DNA of 64,000 nucleotides from Promethearchaeia archaeon (GTDB lineage: Archaea; Asgardarchaeota; Lokiarchaeia; Sigyniarchaeales; SOKP01). Position 1 is the first letter of the stretch; each line of letters begins with the position of its first letter. The stretch covers positions 64,001 through 128,000 of the forward strand of contig JAHQWG010000016.1 of NCBI GenBank assembly GCA_029856045.1, read 5' to 3'. This document shows, piece by piece, positions 21,078 to 30,360 of this stretch. The notes beneath the pieces were generated by a model. That model did not search any database. It saw only the letters and a program-made list of their open reading frames with translations, and was not told where the DNA came from. Position numbers and translations under genes: made by a program.

Positions 21078-21325
21078 AATAAAAGTAATGATTATTTCAT
21101 TAAAATTTTTTTAAAAAAAAAACATAATGATAATTTAACTGATTTTTAATTTTAATTAAATCATCTTGTTATTGGATATTTCGAATTATCTGGTATAAAT
21201 TCATATCTTTACTATTTATAAACAATTGTTTAATTTAAAAAAGTATTATAATCTCTTAATCGAGATATTTTTATTAAAATAAGATAAAACTTAGGAAAAT
21301 CCATGTGGTGTAAAAAAAAATTCCA

Positions 21326-23809
21326 TTGGATATAATAGAAAATCAGAAAATTAGAATTCTTCTCGATATAAACGATGAAATTTCTTCTCAAAAAATTGAA
21401 ATAAGAGATGGAAATAAATATATTCCTGTTATCGGGAGTTCAGAATCGTTGGGTACTTTACTCTTCATATTTAAAAATTGCTTATATTCTAAGCCGTTGA
21501 TACTCAAAAAAAAGTCTGAAAGTAATTTAATCTTAAATTATGAAGATTCTATATTATCAATCCTTTTAGAAATTACAATTGAAAATGATGATTTAATTCA
21601 TTTTAAATATACAATAAAATTTAATCATAAATTAAAATTAACAAAACTTATTTCAAATTATGATATATTATTAGGAAATAATCCAGATTATACTTGGGTT
21701 CCTCATATTCGTCCAAAAGAAAATTATGTTATGGCAGATCATATTTTTCGCTCTCCTGCTGTAATATATAATAAAGGGAAATATTCTTTTTCATTAATTC
21801 CAGATTTAGATATCCTTGCTAAAAATAGACATTTCCAGACTATATTAGATTTAAATTTAAAGAATAAAGAATATACGGACTTTCCTCAACTATATTTTGG
21901 CTTCGGAAATTATAAAGCCGTTGAACATATTCTATTTCGTCACAATCCAAAGAAACATATGAAAATAAAAGCGGATTCAAATTTAATTTTTGGATACTAT
22001 GTGAAATTATTTAATGACTCACCTATTAATGATGTTTTAGCATATATTAATTCATTTTTATGGGAGAAATATGGAAAAAAAAGATTATATGCTGATTGTA
22101 AACCACAAGTATTATCATATGACACCTTTGTTGAGGAAGGTTTTAAAGCAATTTTTAAACGCCATAATTATTGGGGAAATTTTCAAATTGATAATATAGA
22201 ATGCGGAGGTGTTTTTCTTAGATCTTGGATGGGCTCCAAAAAAAAGCCACTTAAATATATAAAACCAGAAAAATTTGAAAAATATAAAAAAACAAGTTCA
22301 ATAGAATTATCTGGTCAAAGTAAACTTATCAATAGAATAATTTCAAGGTTTTCAAATAGTCCCTTTTGGATTAAAAGATTTGATAATTTCACGCGTCATC
22401 ATGCAATTATTACAAGAAACGCAGAGATACGAAATAATGCTTGGTTTTTAAATGTTCGGACTGGTTATGGTTTTAGATATTTTGCGAAATTATGGAATGA
22501 TCAATTTCTTAAAGATAAGGGAAATAGAACATTAAATACGGTATTAAATCTTCCTCGAATTAGAGGAGTATTTCCAAGTGTTATTTTACCAGAGAAAGAA
22601 AACGCAGTAAATTTTTCTACAATAAATGGGTTAAAAGCCTTTATCTTCACTGATGATTTTCACATAGTTGATATTTGTCTAGCTATTTACTGGGCAATCA
22701 AATTTTTTGAAGATTTTGGTGAAGTTAATGGAATTAAAGAAAAATGCAAGGAACTTTTTGATCTAATAGAAGAAGTTCAATTAGATAATGGTGCAATCCC
22801 CACATACATAGGTTTCAAAGAGGATAATAAGACACCGATTATTAGAGATACATTAATAAATTCGGCAAGTACAGGGGCACCATTGATGTTTCTAACAGAA
22901 TATTATAAAATTTCTAGAGATAAAAGAATCATTCCAATTGCTGAAAAATGTGCAAAATATATTCAAACTGAAATTATTCCTCAAGATAAATGGCATGATT
23001 ATGAACCTTTCTTTAGTTGCACACATTTACCTTTTGATATATATGATGATTTTACAAAATCTCATGTCATAAATACTTTGTCAATATATTGGAGCGCAGA
23101 AGGATTAAAAGAATTATATAAAATCACTAAGAACAAGGATTATTTAATATTAGGAGAAAGAGTTTTATCCGTTCTATCATTATTTCAACAAGTATGGGAC
23201 ATTCCTTACATCAGTTATAATACATTTGGAGGTTTTGGAGTGCAAAATGCAGATGCTGAATTGAGTGATGCGAGACAAGGTCTCTTTGTCCGGACGTATA
23301 TGGAGTATTATTTAGAAACAGGAAAAAAAGAATATATGGAAAGAGGAATCGCGACATTAAGAGCTTGTTTTGCTTTAATGCTTTTAAGAGAACTTAAAGA
23401 ACAATGTCCAGGTAACTTAAAAGGAATCGAAACGCTTGATGGTATTGATAGAGGATGTATCTGTGAAAATTATGGCCATTCAGGAAATGATCTACGAATT
23501 CCTGGATATATAATGTTTGATTGGGGAGTAGGTACATCTGCTTCAGCTTCTGCATATATAAAAAAACACTTTGGTGATTTATTCATTGATTTTAAAGAAA
23601 ATATTGCATGGGGGATTGATGGATTAATCGTGAGAACATTTGAATACAAGGATGATAAAATTTTCATAAAATTTGATAAAATTGAAGATAAAAAAGATAT
23701 TCTTGTAAAAGCGAGGGATCCTCCAAAAGAAAAACTAGAAATTTTTATAAATGACAAATCACTTGGGTTAAGAAGTAAAAAAGATTTAGAAGAAGGGTTC
23801 ATATTTTAA
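21326..23809 (+). CDS. Large hypothetical protein, probable six-hairpin (alpha/alpha)-barrel glycosidase-like
   Basis: Recurrent helix-pair motifs (EYYKISRDKRII, ELYKITKNKDYL, EYYLETGKKEYMERG) typical of alpha/alpha toroids. Confidence 0.5.
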   Translation: MDIIENQKIRILLDINDEISSQKIEIRDGNKYIPVIGSSESLGTLLFIFKNCLYSKPLILKKKSESNLILNYEDSILSILLEITIENDDLIHFKYTIKFNHKLKLTKLISNYDILLGNNPDYTWVPHIRPKENYVMADHIFRSPAVIYNKGKYSFSLIPDLDILAKNRHFQTILDLNLKNKEYTDFPQLYFGFGNYKAVEHILFRHNPKKHMKIKADSNLIFGYYVKLFNDSPINDVLAYINSFLWEKYGKKRLYADCKPQVLSYDTFVEEGFKAIFKRHNYWGNFQIDNIECGGVFLRSWMGSKKKPLKYIKPEKFEKYKKTSSIELSGQSKLINRIISRFSNSPFWIKRFDNFTRHHAIITRNAEIRNNAWFLNVRTGYGFRYFAKLWNDQFLKDKGNRTLNTVLNLPRIRGVFPSVILPEKENAVNFSTINGLKAFIFTDDFHIVDICLAIYWAIKFFEDFGEVNGIKEKCKELFDLIEEVQLDNGAIPTYIGFKEDNKTPIIRDTLINSASTGAPLMFLTEYYKISRDKRIIPIAEKCAKYIQTEIIPQDKWHDYEPFFSCTHLPFDIYDDFTKSHVINTLSIYWSAEGLKELYKITKNKDYLILGERVLSVLSLFQQVWDIPYISYNTFGGFGVQNADAELSDARQGLFVRTYMEYYLETGKKEYMERGIATLRACFALMLLRELKEQCPGNLKGIETLDGIDRGCICENYGHSGNDLRIPGYIMFDWGVGTSASASAYIKKHFGDLFIDFKENIAWGIDGLIVRTFEYKDDKIFIKFDKIEDKKDILVKARDPPKEKLEIFINDKSLGLRSKKDLEEGFIF

Positions 23810-23871
23810 TAAAATTTAAATAATTCATCAATTAATTGTAATATATTTCTTATAATCTTTAATGGATTTTT

Positions 23872-25053
23872 ATGTTTGATGTAGTAATTTCGGGAGCTGG
23901 TCCATCTGGTTCTAAATGTGCAGAAATTTTAGCTAAAAATGGTTTTAAGGTTGCATTAATTGAAAAAGATACTAATTGGCGAAAACCTTGTGGAGGTGGT
24001 GTAAGTGCGAGGATTTTTAAATATTTTCCTCAGTTGAGAAAATACAATATACCAAAAAAGAAAGGTATTGTTATGTTTTCCTCAAAATATTATAAATTGG
24101 AAAATAGATGGGAAGATCTTAAAGATTACTCAATTGTAATGGATCGATTGGAATTGGATAATTTAATCAGAGATGTTGCAGTTGATGCGGGAGTAGAACT
24201 TTTTGATAAGAATATTTCATTTGATTATGTAATTAAAAATCAAAAAAAAATTGGAATTAGGACAAAGACACCTTCAGGTGTTAATGAATATTTAGGGAAA
24301 ATAATTATTGTGGCCGATGGAATGAGTTCTAAATTGGCAATAAAATCCGGATTGAGAGAACGATGGAAAACTGAACAACTTGGTATAGCAAAATGTGCTA
24401 TTTTGGAAGGGGAGAATTCTTTAGATTCAAGTTCTATTTATATTTTCTTTCGACCTTATAAAGGATACGGATGGATATTTCCTATAGATGAACACCGTTT
24501 TAATATTGGATGTGGAACATTTGAAGAAGATAATTTAAGCTATAATTTAAATGAAATTTACAAGGAGTTTATAAATAATCCAAATATTAAAAATCTTTTA
24601 CCAAAATCGAATTATAAACAAATATGGATGGGATCTTATCCCTTACCAAGTCTAGGAGTATTAGAAAAAAGTTTATTTGGAGAAAATATAATGCTTATTG
24701 GAGATGCTGCAGGATTTGTATCCCCCATAAGTGGGGAAGGAATACATGCAAGTATAGTATCAGGAGATATAGCTGCTGAAACTGCAATTTATGCTTTAGA
24801 AAAAGAAGATGTGTCAGAAAAGACGTTAAAAAAATATAAATTCCATCCAAAAATTAAAAAAATAATTCGAAATTTCAAATTAAAACATTCAATGGCAAAT
24901 TTCTTTTTTGAAAATAGGGGTCAAAATCTTAATACCGTATTTAAAATAGCTGAGAAAGAGATATCATTTAAACAAGAAGTTATAAATATATTTTTATACA
25001 ACACTACTCCTCCAAAGGAATTCTTTCAAAGAATAAAAAACACGATTTCTTAA
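23872..25053 (+). CDS. Geranylgeranyl reductase family flavoprotein
   Basis: GAGPSG, KPCGGG, ADG, GYGWIFP, GDAAG..SPISGEGI. Confidence 0.9.
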   Translation: MFDVVISGAGPSGSKCAEILAKNGFKVALIEKDTNWRKPCGGGVSARIFKYFPQLRKYNIPKKKGIVMFSSKYYKLENRWEDLKDYSIVMDRLELDNLIRDVAVDAGVELFDKNISFDYVIKNQKKIGIRTKTPSGVNEYLGKIIIVADGMSSKLAIKSGLRERWKTEQLGIAKCAILEGENSLDSSSIYIFFRPYKGYGWIFPIDEHRFNIGCGTFEEDNLSYNLNEIYKEFINNPNIKNLLPKSNYKQIWMGSYPLPSLGVLEKSLFGENIMLIGDAAGFVSPISGEGIHASIVSGDIAAETAIYALEKEDVSEKTLKKYKFHPKIKKIIRNFKLKHSMANFFFENRGQNLNTVFKIAEKEISFKQEVINIFLYNTTPPKEFFQRIKNTIS

Positions 25054-25088
25054 AAATTAATTATAAGTTATTGATAAAAAGAATTTGA

Positions 25089-25111
25089 ATGGACTTGACG
25101 GGATTCGAACC
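25089..25111 (-). repeat. Degenerate copy of tRNA-Ala 3' end (att-like site 2)
   Basis: atggacttgacgggattcgaacc vs atggacctgacgggaatcgaacc at 30063-30085 (2 mismatches). Confidence 0.8.
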
Positions 25112-25114
25112 AAA

Positions 25115-25135
25115 GCTATGTCGTCACGGCATAGT
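25115..25135. other. 21-bp imperfect palindrome next to att-like site 2
   Basis: GCTATGTCGT-C-ACGGCATAGT (10-1-10). Confidence 0.7.
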
Positions 25136-25269
25136 ATTTTTCTTCAAATGAGAAAAATTCATATATAAAAGCTAATTCAAAAGTAATAGAAATAATCAAC
25201 CGAAATAAGGAAAACTCATTTCTTAATATCAGTTAAAATTTCATAGAATAAAAAAAATCTCAAAATAGT

Positions 25270-26949
25270 CTATAAGTTAATTTTATTCATCATATCATCT
25301 GGTATAATGATATACAATGGCCACTTTTTTAAAATCCCTTTTGGGACTTTCCCACTTCCTACGTTTTTTAAAACTAAATCACGTGATAAAACAAAATCTA
25401 TGGGTTTTTCATTTATAACTTCAAGCTCTAATGAGTTATTATTCAATAGGTTATTGATATTTGAATTTAATGGGCATTTCATAATCAACATTCGAAGCAC
25501 CCCTAAATCCATTGATTTATCTTCATTAGATACAAACAATGAAAACTTCCATGGTTTAGAATTAGAATAACTTTTATATAATACCAAATAGTTTAAAGAA
25601 TATTCCATATTTTTTTTTATACAATCTAATAGTTTTTTAGGGTTTAAAATAAAGAAATTTGGTAATTTAAAATAATATCCAGCTAATATTTTAAATTTGC
25701 TTGGTATAGTTAATTTTGGAGATAATTTTAGAGGGTATTTTATTATAAATCCCGAACGGATAATATCTCCACTGATTTGAGGAACCCCTTCTTGTTTTTT
25801 TATAGTGATCATATCTCCTAAATCAATATTAACTAATGGGTTTTTATCATCATAGCGAGAAACAAGTAACTTACCAAATTTATTTTTAGATTGGGTAAGT
25901 AAAGAACGGGAATTATTATATTCTAAAACGGGAATAGTTAATGGAAATACATACATCTTATTTTCTCTTGATATTGTGAAGTCTCCATTTGGGAGACTCG
26001 ATGCAAATGGTCCAATTTCTGATGCAACATAAAGGTTCGTGAACTTTTCCTTTCCTCTCTCCCATTGCATAAAACTCCTAATTAAATTCCACTGATTTTC
26101 AGAAAGATTCGATGTACTAAAAATAATTATTGCTTTTGATAAATGGACAGATAATAAATTCCGAATCTTCAATGCCGCTTTCTCTATATTATATTTATTT
26201 ATAATTTTTCTAATCTTATTTAAAACCTTGTTTTGGATTTCCTTATCGTCCCTTTGAAATTCAGTCTTTTTAAATATGCTAATAGAAGATTTTAACCGTT
26301 CAATATTATTCCATTTGAGGATGGTCAAAGCTGGGGCGGAGATCACAGAGATTTTAGGAATAGATAAGATTTTCGCAATTGTATCTATTTGAATAGAATG
26401 TTTATACTCATCTATTAAATATGAGTTAGGTTGGATAATAGAAAGCATGAGACGTTGTGAAAACTCAGAAGAATATAGCGAGACATACTTCAATCCATTT
26501 TTTTCATTTAATCCATCAAAACTCATTCGAGAAGGAATGAAAATAACCACAGATCCTTCTTTTGTTAGCCTGCTTGATTCAAATATTGCTTGCATCCCAG
26601 GTCCCCAAATTTTATATATTAATTGAGGGGACATATAAAACCACTTGAGATCTGAAACCCTACTGCTTGTCGTACCAGATGTATGGCATAATATGGGTAA
26701 TTTTAACCCTACTTTTGATTCAAAAAACGAATGTAAATCCAATGAAAACTCTCTCGATTTTATTTTCTCGACCTTAATACGTCGTAAAAGATATAAAACT
26801 TTATCAAGACCAGAAAGCCTAAGGGAGAGTTCCTCATATTCTTCTCTTGAATTAATATCTAACCAAGCTTTCCAATCCATCTTTTTATAATCTGATAGCT
26901 TTCTTTTAAATACACTCTGGAGTTTTGGATCAAAATCATATTTTAACAT
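25270..26949 (-). CDS. Divergent adenylate-forming (ANL superfamily; GH3/LuxE/PaaK-like) protein
   Basis: P-loop-like HTSGTTS, YVASEIG and IDLGD motifs. Confidence 0.6.
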   Translation of the reverse strand: MLKYDFDPKLQSVFKRKLSDYKKMDWKAWLDINSREEYEELSLRLSGLDKVLYLLRRIKVEKIKSREFSLDLHSFFESKVGLKLPILCHTSGTTSSRVSDLKWFYMSPQLIYKIWGPGMQAIFESSRLTKEGSVVIFIPSRMSFDGLNEKNGLKYVSLYSSEFSQRLMLSIIQPNSYLIDEYKHSIQIDTIAKILSIPKISVISAPALTILKWNNIERLKSSISIFKKTEFQRDDKEIQNKVLNKIRKIINKYNIEKAALKIRNLLSVHLSKAIIIFSTSNLSENQWNLIRSFMQWERGKEKFTNLYVASEIGPFASSLPNGDFTISRENKMYVFPLTIPVLEYNNSRSLLTQSKNKFGKLLVSRYDDKNPLVNIDLGDMITIKKQEGVPQISGDIIRSGFIIKYPLKLSPKLTIPSKFKILAGYYFKLPNFFILNPKKLLDCIKKNMEYSLNYLVLYKSYSNSKPWKFSLFVSNEDKSMDLGVLRMLIMKCPLNSNINNLLNNNSLELEVINEKPIDFVLSRDLVLKNVGSGKVPKGILKKWPLYIIIPDDMMNKINL

Positions 26950-26987
26950 AATAAAATAGTAGTAAGAGTAGTTTTAAAATAAAGTGA

Positions 26988-27129
26988 TTAATATTTTTTT
27001 GTATAGGGGATGTTCTGTGCAAGCCATTTAAAGCTTTCTTTCAAACCTATCCCAGTTTTAGCAGAGACCATATCATATCTAGCTTTTATTCCATATTTTC
27101 TAGGATCATATAGTTTTGAGTTTTCCTTT
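26988..27129 (-). pseudogene. C-terminal fragment of an Arf-like small GTPase
   Basis: Manual translation ...YDMVSAKTGIGLKESFKWLAQNIPYTKKY* (G5 SAK motif and terminal helix); no G1-G4 motifs upstream. Confidence 0.65.
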
Positions 27130-27386
27130 AGATTAAATCAAGGATTTTAATCAATATAAAAAAAAGAGAGCCAAAAATAACTAAATACAAATAATTAAAG
27201 TCATAATATTGATTTTCTTTAAGCGATAATGAAATAATTATATTAAAGAAAAATAAAAAAAGATATTTTTTTTGGATCTACTAAAATGGGGGATTCGATC
27301 CCTTTTTTTCAAAAAAAACAAACAGTATTAAATTTAAAATAGTCCAACCCTATTTTCATATTCTAATAATACTTGAAAAATTTTCA

Positions 27387-27405
27387 ATGGACCTGACGGG
27401 AATCG
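27387..27405 (-). repeat. Exact 19-bp copy of tRNA-Ala 3' end (att-like site 1)
   Basis: atggacctgacgggaatcg is identical to 30063-30081. Confidence 0.9.
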
Positions 27406-27412
27406 TTTAAAA

Positions 27413-27433
27413 GTGATATCACTGTGATATCAC
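27413..27433. other. 21-bp palindrome GTGATATCAC-T-GTGATATCAC (left copy)
   Basis: Identical to 30036-30056 (24-bp exact match including the preceding AAA). Confidence 0.9.
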
Positions 27434-27637
27434 CAAAATGTATTTTTTCCAGATTTTTAATTTAAACTGGAATATTTACTTTCCTCATTCAATTTCGTCA
27501 ATTGAGTAAGAAAATATTAGATTATCTTAGTGATTAATTGAGAAAAAGCAAGATATATTTAGTAAGAACTCACATTTCTTCTATGATTTAATACTATTTG
27601 TAGTTAAGTAAATTTTTGCTATCTTTATATCATTATT

Positions 27638-27920
27638 TTTACACGACTTCTCGGGATAAAGCCAAGAACACTTCTTCAACATTTCGACCTGTTTTTGCAG
27701 AGCATTAATAATATCCAAGCATTTATACTTTATTGCAAACAATAATGCATCTTCTCTTTTAACTCCTCTCCCGCTTTCGATGTCTATCTTATTTCCAATT
27801 AGTAAAAGGGGTAAATTTATTAGCAAATTAGGGTGTTGTTCCAAAATTATTTTTAAATTATTTTCACCTTCCCTTAATGATCTCTCACTCAAGATGTCAT
27901 ATACAAAAATTCCTCCATTT
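27638..27920 (-). pseudogene. Rab-like small GTPase pseudogene (5'-truncated, frameshifted)
   Basis: GGIFVYDI and LLIGNKID (G4) in one frame; CSAKTGRNVEEVFLALSREVV* (G5) in a shifted frame. Confidence 0.8.
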
Positions 27921-28093
27921 CTTTAGGATTTAAACGATCCCAAGATTAAACTAATTGTTTTATTAATCAACAAATTTAATTAAACTAATTTTATTCTTTT
28001 TAAAAAAATAAAATATATAGAAAAAGTAATAGGTTAGCAATTATTATTTATATAAGTAATAAAAAATAATTTTCAATATTTTCTCCATTTAAA

Positions 28094-28231
28094 ATGTCTG
28101 ATAAAGATTTAGAAACTCTTATATTCAAAATCGCACTTGATAATGCATTAAATTATAGGGGAAAAACAAGAGAAAAAAATATACTTTCAAAATTATTGGG
28201 ATTGATACAAGAAAAAAATAAATCAATTTAA
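28094..28231 (+). pseudogene. N-terminal fragment resembling archaeal glutamyl-tRNA synthetase
   Basis: MSDKDLETLIFKIALDNALNYRGKTREKNILSKLLG resembles the archaeal GluRS N-terminus (K.AL.NA....GK.....V..K.LG); stops after 45 aa. Confidence 0.55.
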
Positions 28232-28349
28232 TCTTTGTTTAAAATGATAATACTCTCGGTACCTTGTTTTCACGGGAAGACCCTTCACTTCTCAAAATTT
28301 ATAATTTATAATTATTAAATTAAAAATAATAGATCTCTTAATATTTTAT

Positions 28350-28892
28350 ATGAATCAATCTTCAAAAACTGAACCTAAACAGAGTTTACTTAAAAATAAA
28401 TCTTTTATCGCTGAAACAATCTATCTCATTATTATTATCATAATCATGGCATTAATTTTTCTTGATTTTATTGATACGGGATTTTTCCTCGGTCCATTAC
28501 GCTTTTCCCATTGGATGGGAATAATAGGAACCTTTTTTATCATGGTTTTTGCACCATTCTTTTATGTCATGAAACGTCGTTATCCCAAACGATATAAAAT
28601 TTTGTTGAATATCCATGTATTTGGATTTACTACTTCTTTTCTACTTGTGTCCATCCATTTTGCCGGACAACTGAGTCGTCCATTACAATTTTATCCGGAT
28701 CTAGGAGCTGGATTAGCACTATATATTATTGTAGCCGTCCTTGTTGGCACGGGGTATTTGTTTAGATATCATCTCTTTAAATCGAAAAGTGGAAAAATTC
28801 GCCCTCATTTTAGCAGGTGGTTACACGTTAGTCTGATAAGTGGATTATACATTGTAATGATCATTCACGTTGTATTAAACTTTCCAATTTAA
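28350..28892 (+). CDS. Five-TM membrane protein with intramembrane His residues (possible heme b / ferric reductase-like)
   Basis: Hydrophobic helices containing SHWMG, NIHVF, SIHFA, WLHVS and IIHVV. Confidence 0.55.
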   Translation: MNQSSKTEPKQSLLKNKSFIAETIYLIIIIIIMALIFLDFIDTGFFLGPLRFSHWMGIIGTFFIMVFAPFFYVMKRRYPKRYKILLNIHVFGFTTSFLLVSIHFAGQLSRPLQFYPDLGAGLALYIIVAVLVGTGYLFRYHLFKSKSGKIRPHFSRWLHVSLISGLYIVMIIHVVLNFPI

Positions 28893-29039
28893 TTCAATAT
28901 CTAAAAAAACATTAAGAAATAGGATCTCCCCATAGAATTTTATTTTATTTTTTCTTTAGACAACGGGTGCAACCACAAAATGCAGCTCGTAAAAAACAAA
29001 AGCAAAAATCAAAGAAATGCTAAAATCCAAGGTTCAAAT

Positions 29040-29642
29040 TTAGACCCTTAGCGAGCCACGGAACCCCCTAACGCCATAGAAAGAGGGCGCACTGTTATGA
29101 AACACGAAGACATGACCGTAGCGACGATCAACAAAGATGGCGCCGCCTAGTTTTCTAATATCAGAAGGCGTTTTCACCCAGCTCGACGTCTTCGTATCGA
29201 AATTTCCAAGTTTCTGCAACTCTCGATATTGTCCTTCCGTTAAAAGCTCAATGCCCATGGCAGCTGCCATATCAATAGCGTTACCTTCTGGATGCACCCC
29301 TCGCTTTTCCTTCGCCTCCTGCCCTTCACGGTCGTAACAAACATTTCTGCGGCCTTTAGGACTTTCCGCTGAACAATCATAAAAAATGTATTCGCCCGTC
29401 TTTTTATCATGATCAAAAACATCTGGTTCACCGCCAGTTCTTTCCATTTCATTGAGTGACCACAGTTTTTCAGTATTAGCTTCCAGCTTTGCTTGTACTT
29501 TAGCCCATTCAAGAACTTTATGGCGGTTCATGTTTTTCTCAAAACGGGCTTTCAATGCTCTGAGTAGTTCTTCACGTTGTTCTGGTGACAACTCTTTTTT
29601 GAATGCAGTAAATGATGGCTTGCGCATAATCATAGTATTCAT
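29040..29642 (-). CDS. DUF4256 family protein (bacterial-like)
   Basis: LKARFEKNMNRH, MERTGGEPDV, DCSAESPKGRR, DTKTSSW, RGFRGSLRV; visibly GC-richer than the flanks. Confidence 0.85.
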   Translation of the reverse strand: MNTMIMRKPSFTAFKKELSPEQREELLRALKARFEKNMNRHKVLEWAKVQAKLEANTEKLWSLNEMERTGGEPDVFDHDKKTGEYIFYDCSAESPKGRRNVCYDREGQEAKEKRGVHPEGNAIDMAAAMGIELLTEGQYRELQKLGNFDTKTSSWVKTPSDIRKLGGAIFVDRRYGHVFVFHNSAPSFYGVRGFRGSLRV

Positions 29643-30035
29643 CCTGAGTTTATAAAATTATCTAGGCAGGGAAGGACATTTTTTGTCCTAATTGCGGTGA
29701 AAAATTAGAAAACAATCGATTACTAAGATGGAACAATAATTGAACAAATATATCAACCAATTAAAGAATTATTTTAAATATGTTATTAATTATGGTGTTC
29801 CAAGAGACCGAAAAATCAGACCAAGTTGTCTAGTTTTCGAAAATACTTTTTATTAATTTGCACGAATAATTCAAGTGGAGCTTACTTTTTTCTACAAACC
29901 CATTTTGATTAAGGATAAAAGAGGTAACTAATATCAAACTGATATTAAGGTTGCTTGAATTTTAAATCTGGACAAAAATATTACCGAGCTTTCATATTAA
30001 GTGTAGGAATGATTTTTTCCAATTTTTGGAATAAA

Positions 30036-30056
30036 GTGATATCACTGTGATATCAC
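30036..30056. other. 21-bp palindrome (right copy), just downstream of the tRNA-Ala 3' end
   Basis: GTGATATCACTGTGATATCAC. Confidence 0.9.
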
Positions 30057-30063
30057 AAAAAGA

Positions 30064-30135
30064 TGGACCTGACGGGAATCGAACCCGTGACCTCTTGAAT
30101 GCGAATCAAGCGATCTTCCTCTGATCTACAGGCCC
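30064..30135 (-). tRNA. tRNA-Ala(CGC)
   Basis: Cloverleaf GGGCCTG...CAGGTCC-A with G3:U70, anticodon arm CTTGA-TT-CGC-AT-TCAAG, T-loop TTCGATT. Confidence 0.95.
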
Positions 30136-30360
30136 TTATTTTAGACAATTACTATGAGGAAATGAATTTCTACTAATTCTTTTTAAATTACTAAATAATA
30201 TTTTTAGATCTTCTTAATCGATAGCAACTTTTAATTTATATTTAATATTTAGAATCATCAAAAATAAATAATTTTGATGTATTCTGATTATATACATTTA
30301 TACATAAAAAAGAAAATTGCAAAACTTAACTAGTAATTGAATTAATTTGGCTAAAATATA

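Larger units (their letters stand above)
27387..30081. mobile_element. tRNA-Ala-integrated island remnant without integrase
   Basis: 19-bp direct repeats at both ends and an identical internal 21-bp palindrome near both ends; carries a bacterial-like gene and gene fragments. Confidence 0.75.

Noticed and set aside
27289-27302. T-arm-like hairpin GGGATTCGATCCC
   Set aside because: No accompanying tRNA structure; too short to call an att site.
25089-27433. Split (trans-spliced) tRNA 3' halves
   Set aside because: The fragments cover only the acceptor strand and part of the T-arm, lie downstream of an intact tRNA-Ala, and no complementary 5' half is seen; att relics fit better.
12754-30135. 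Integrase or transposase for either island
   Set aside because: No tyrosine/serine recombinase or DDE motifs found in any ORF in the window.
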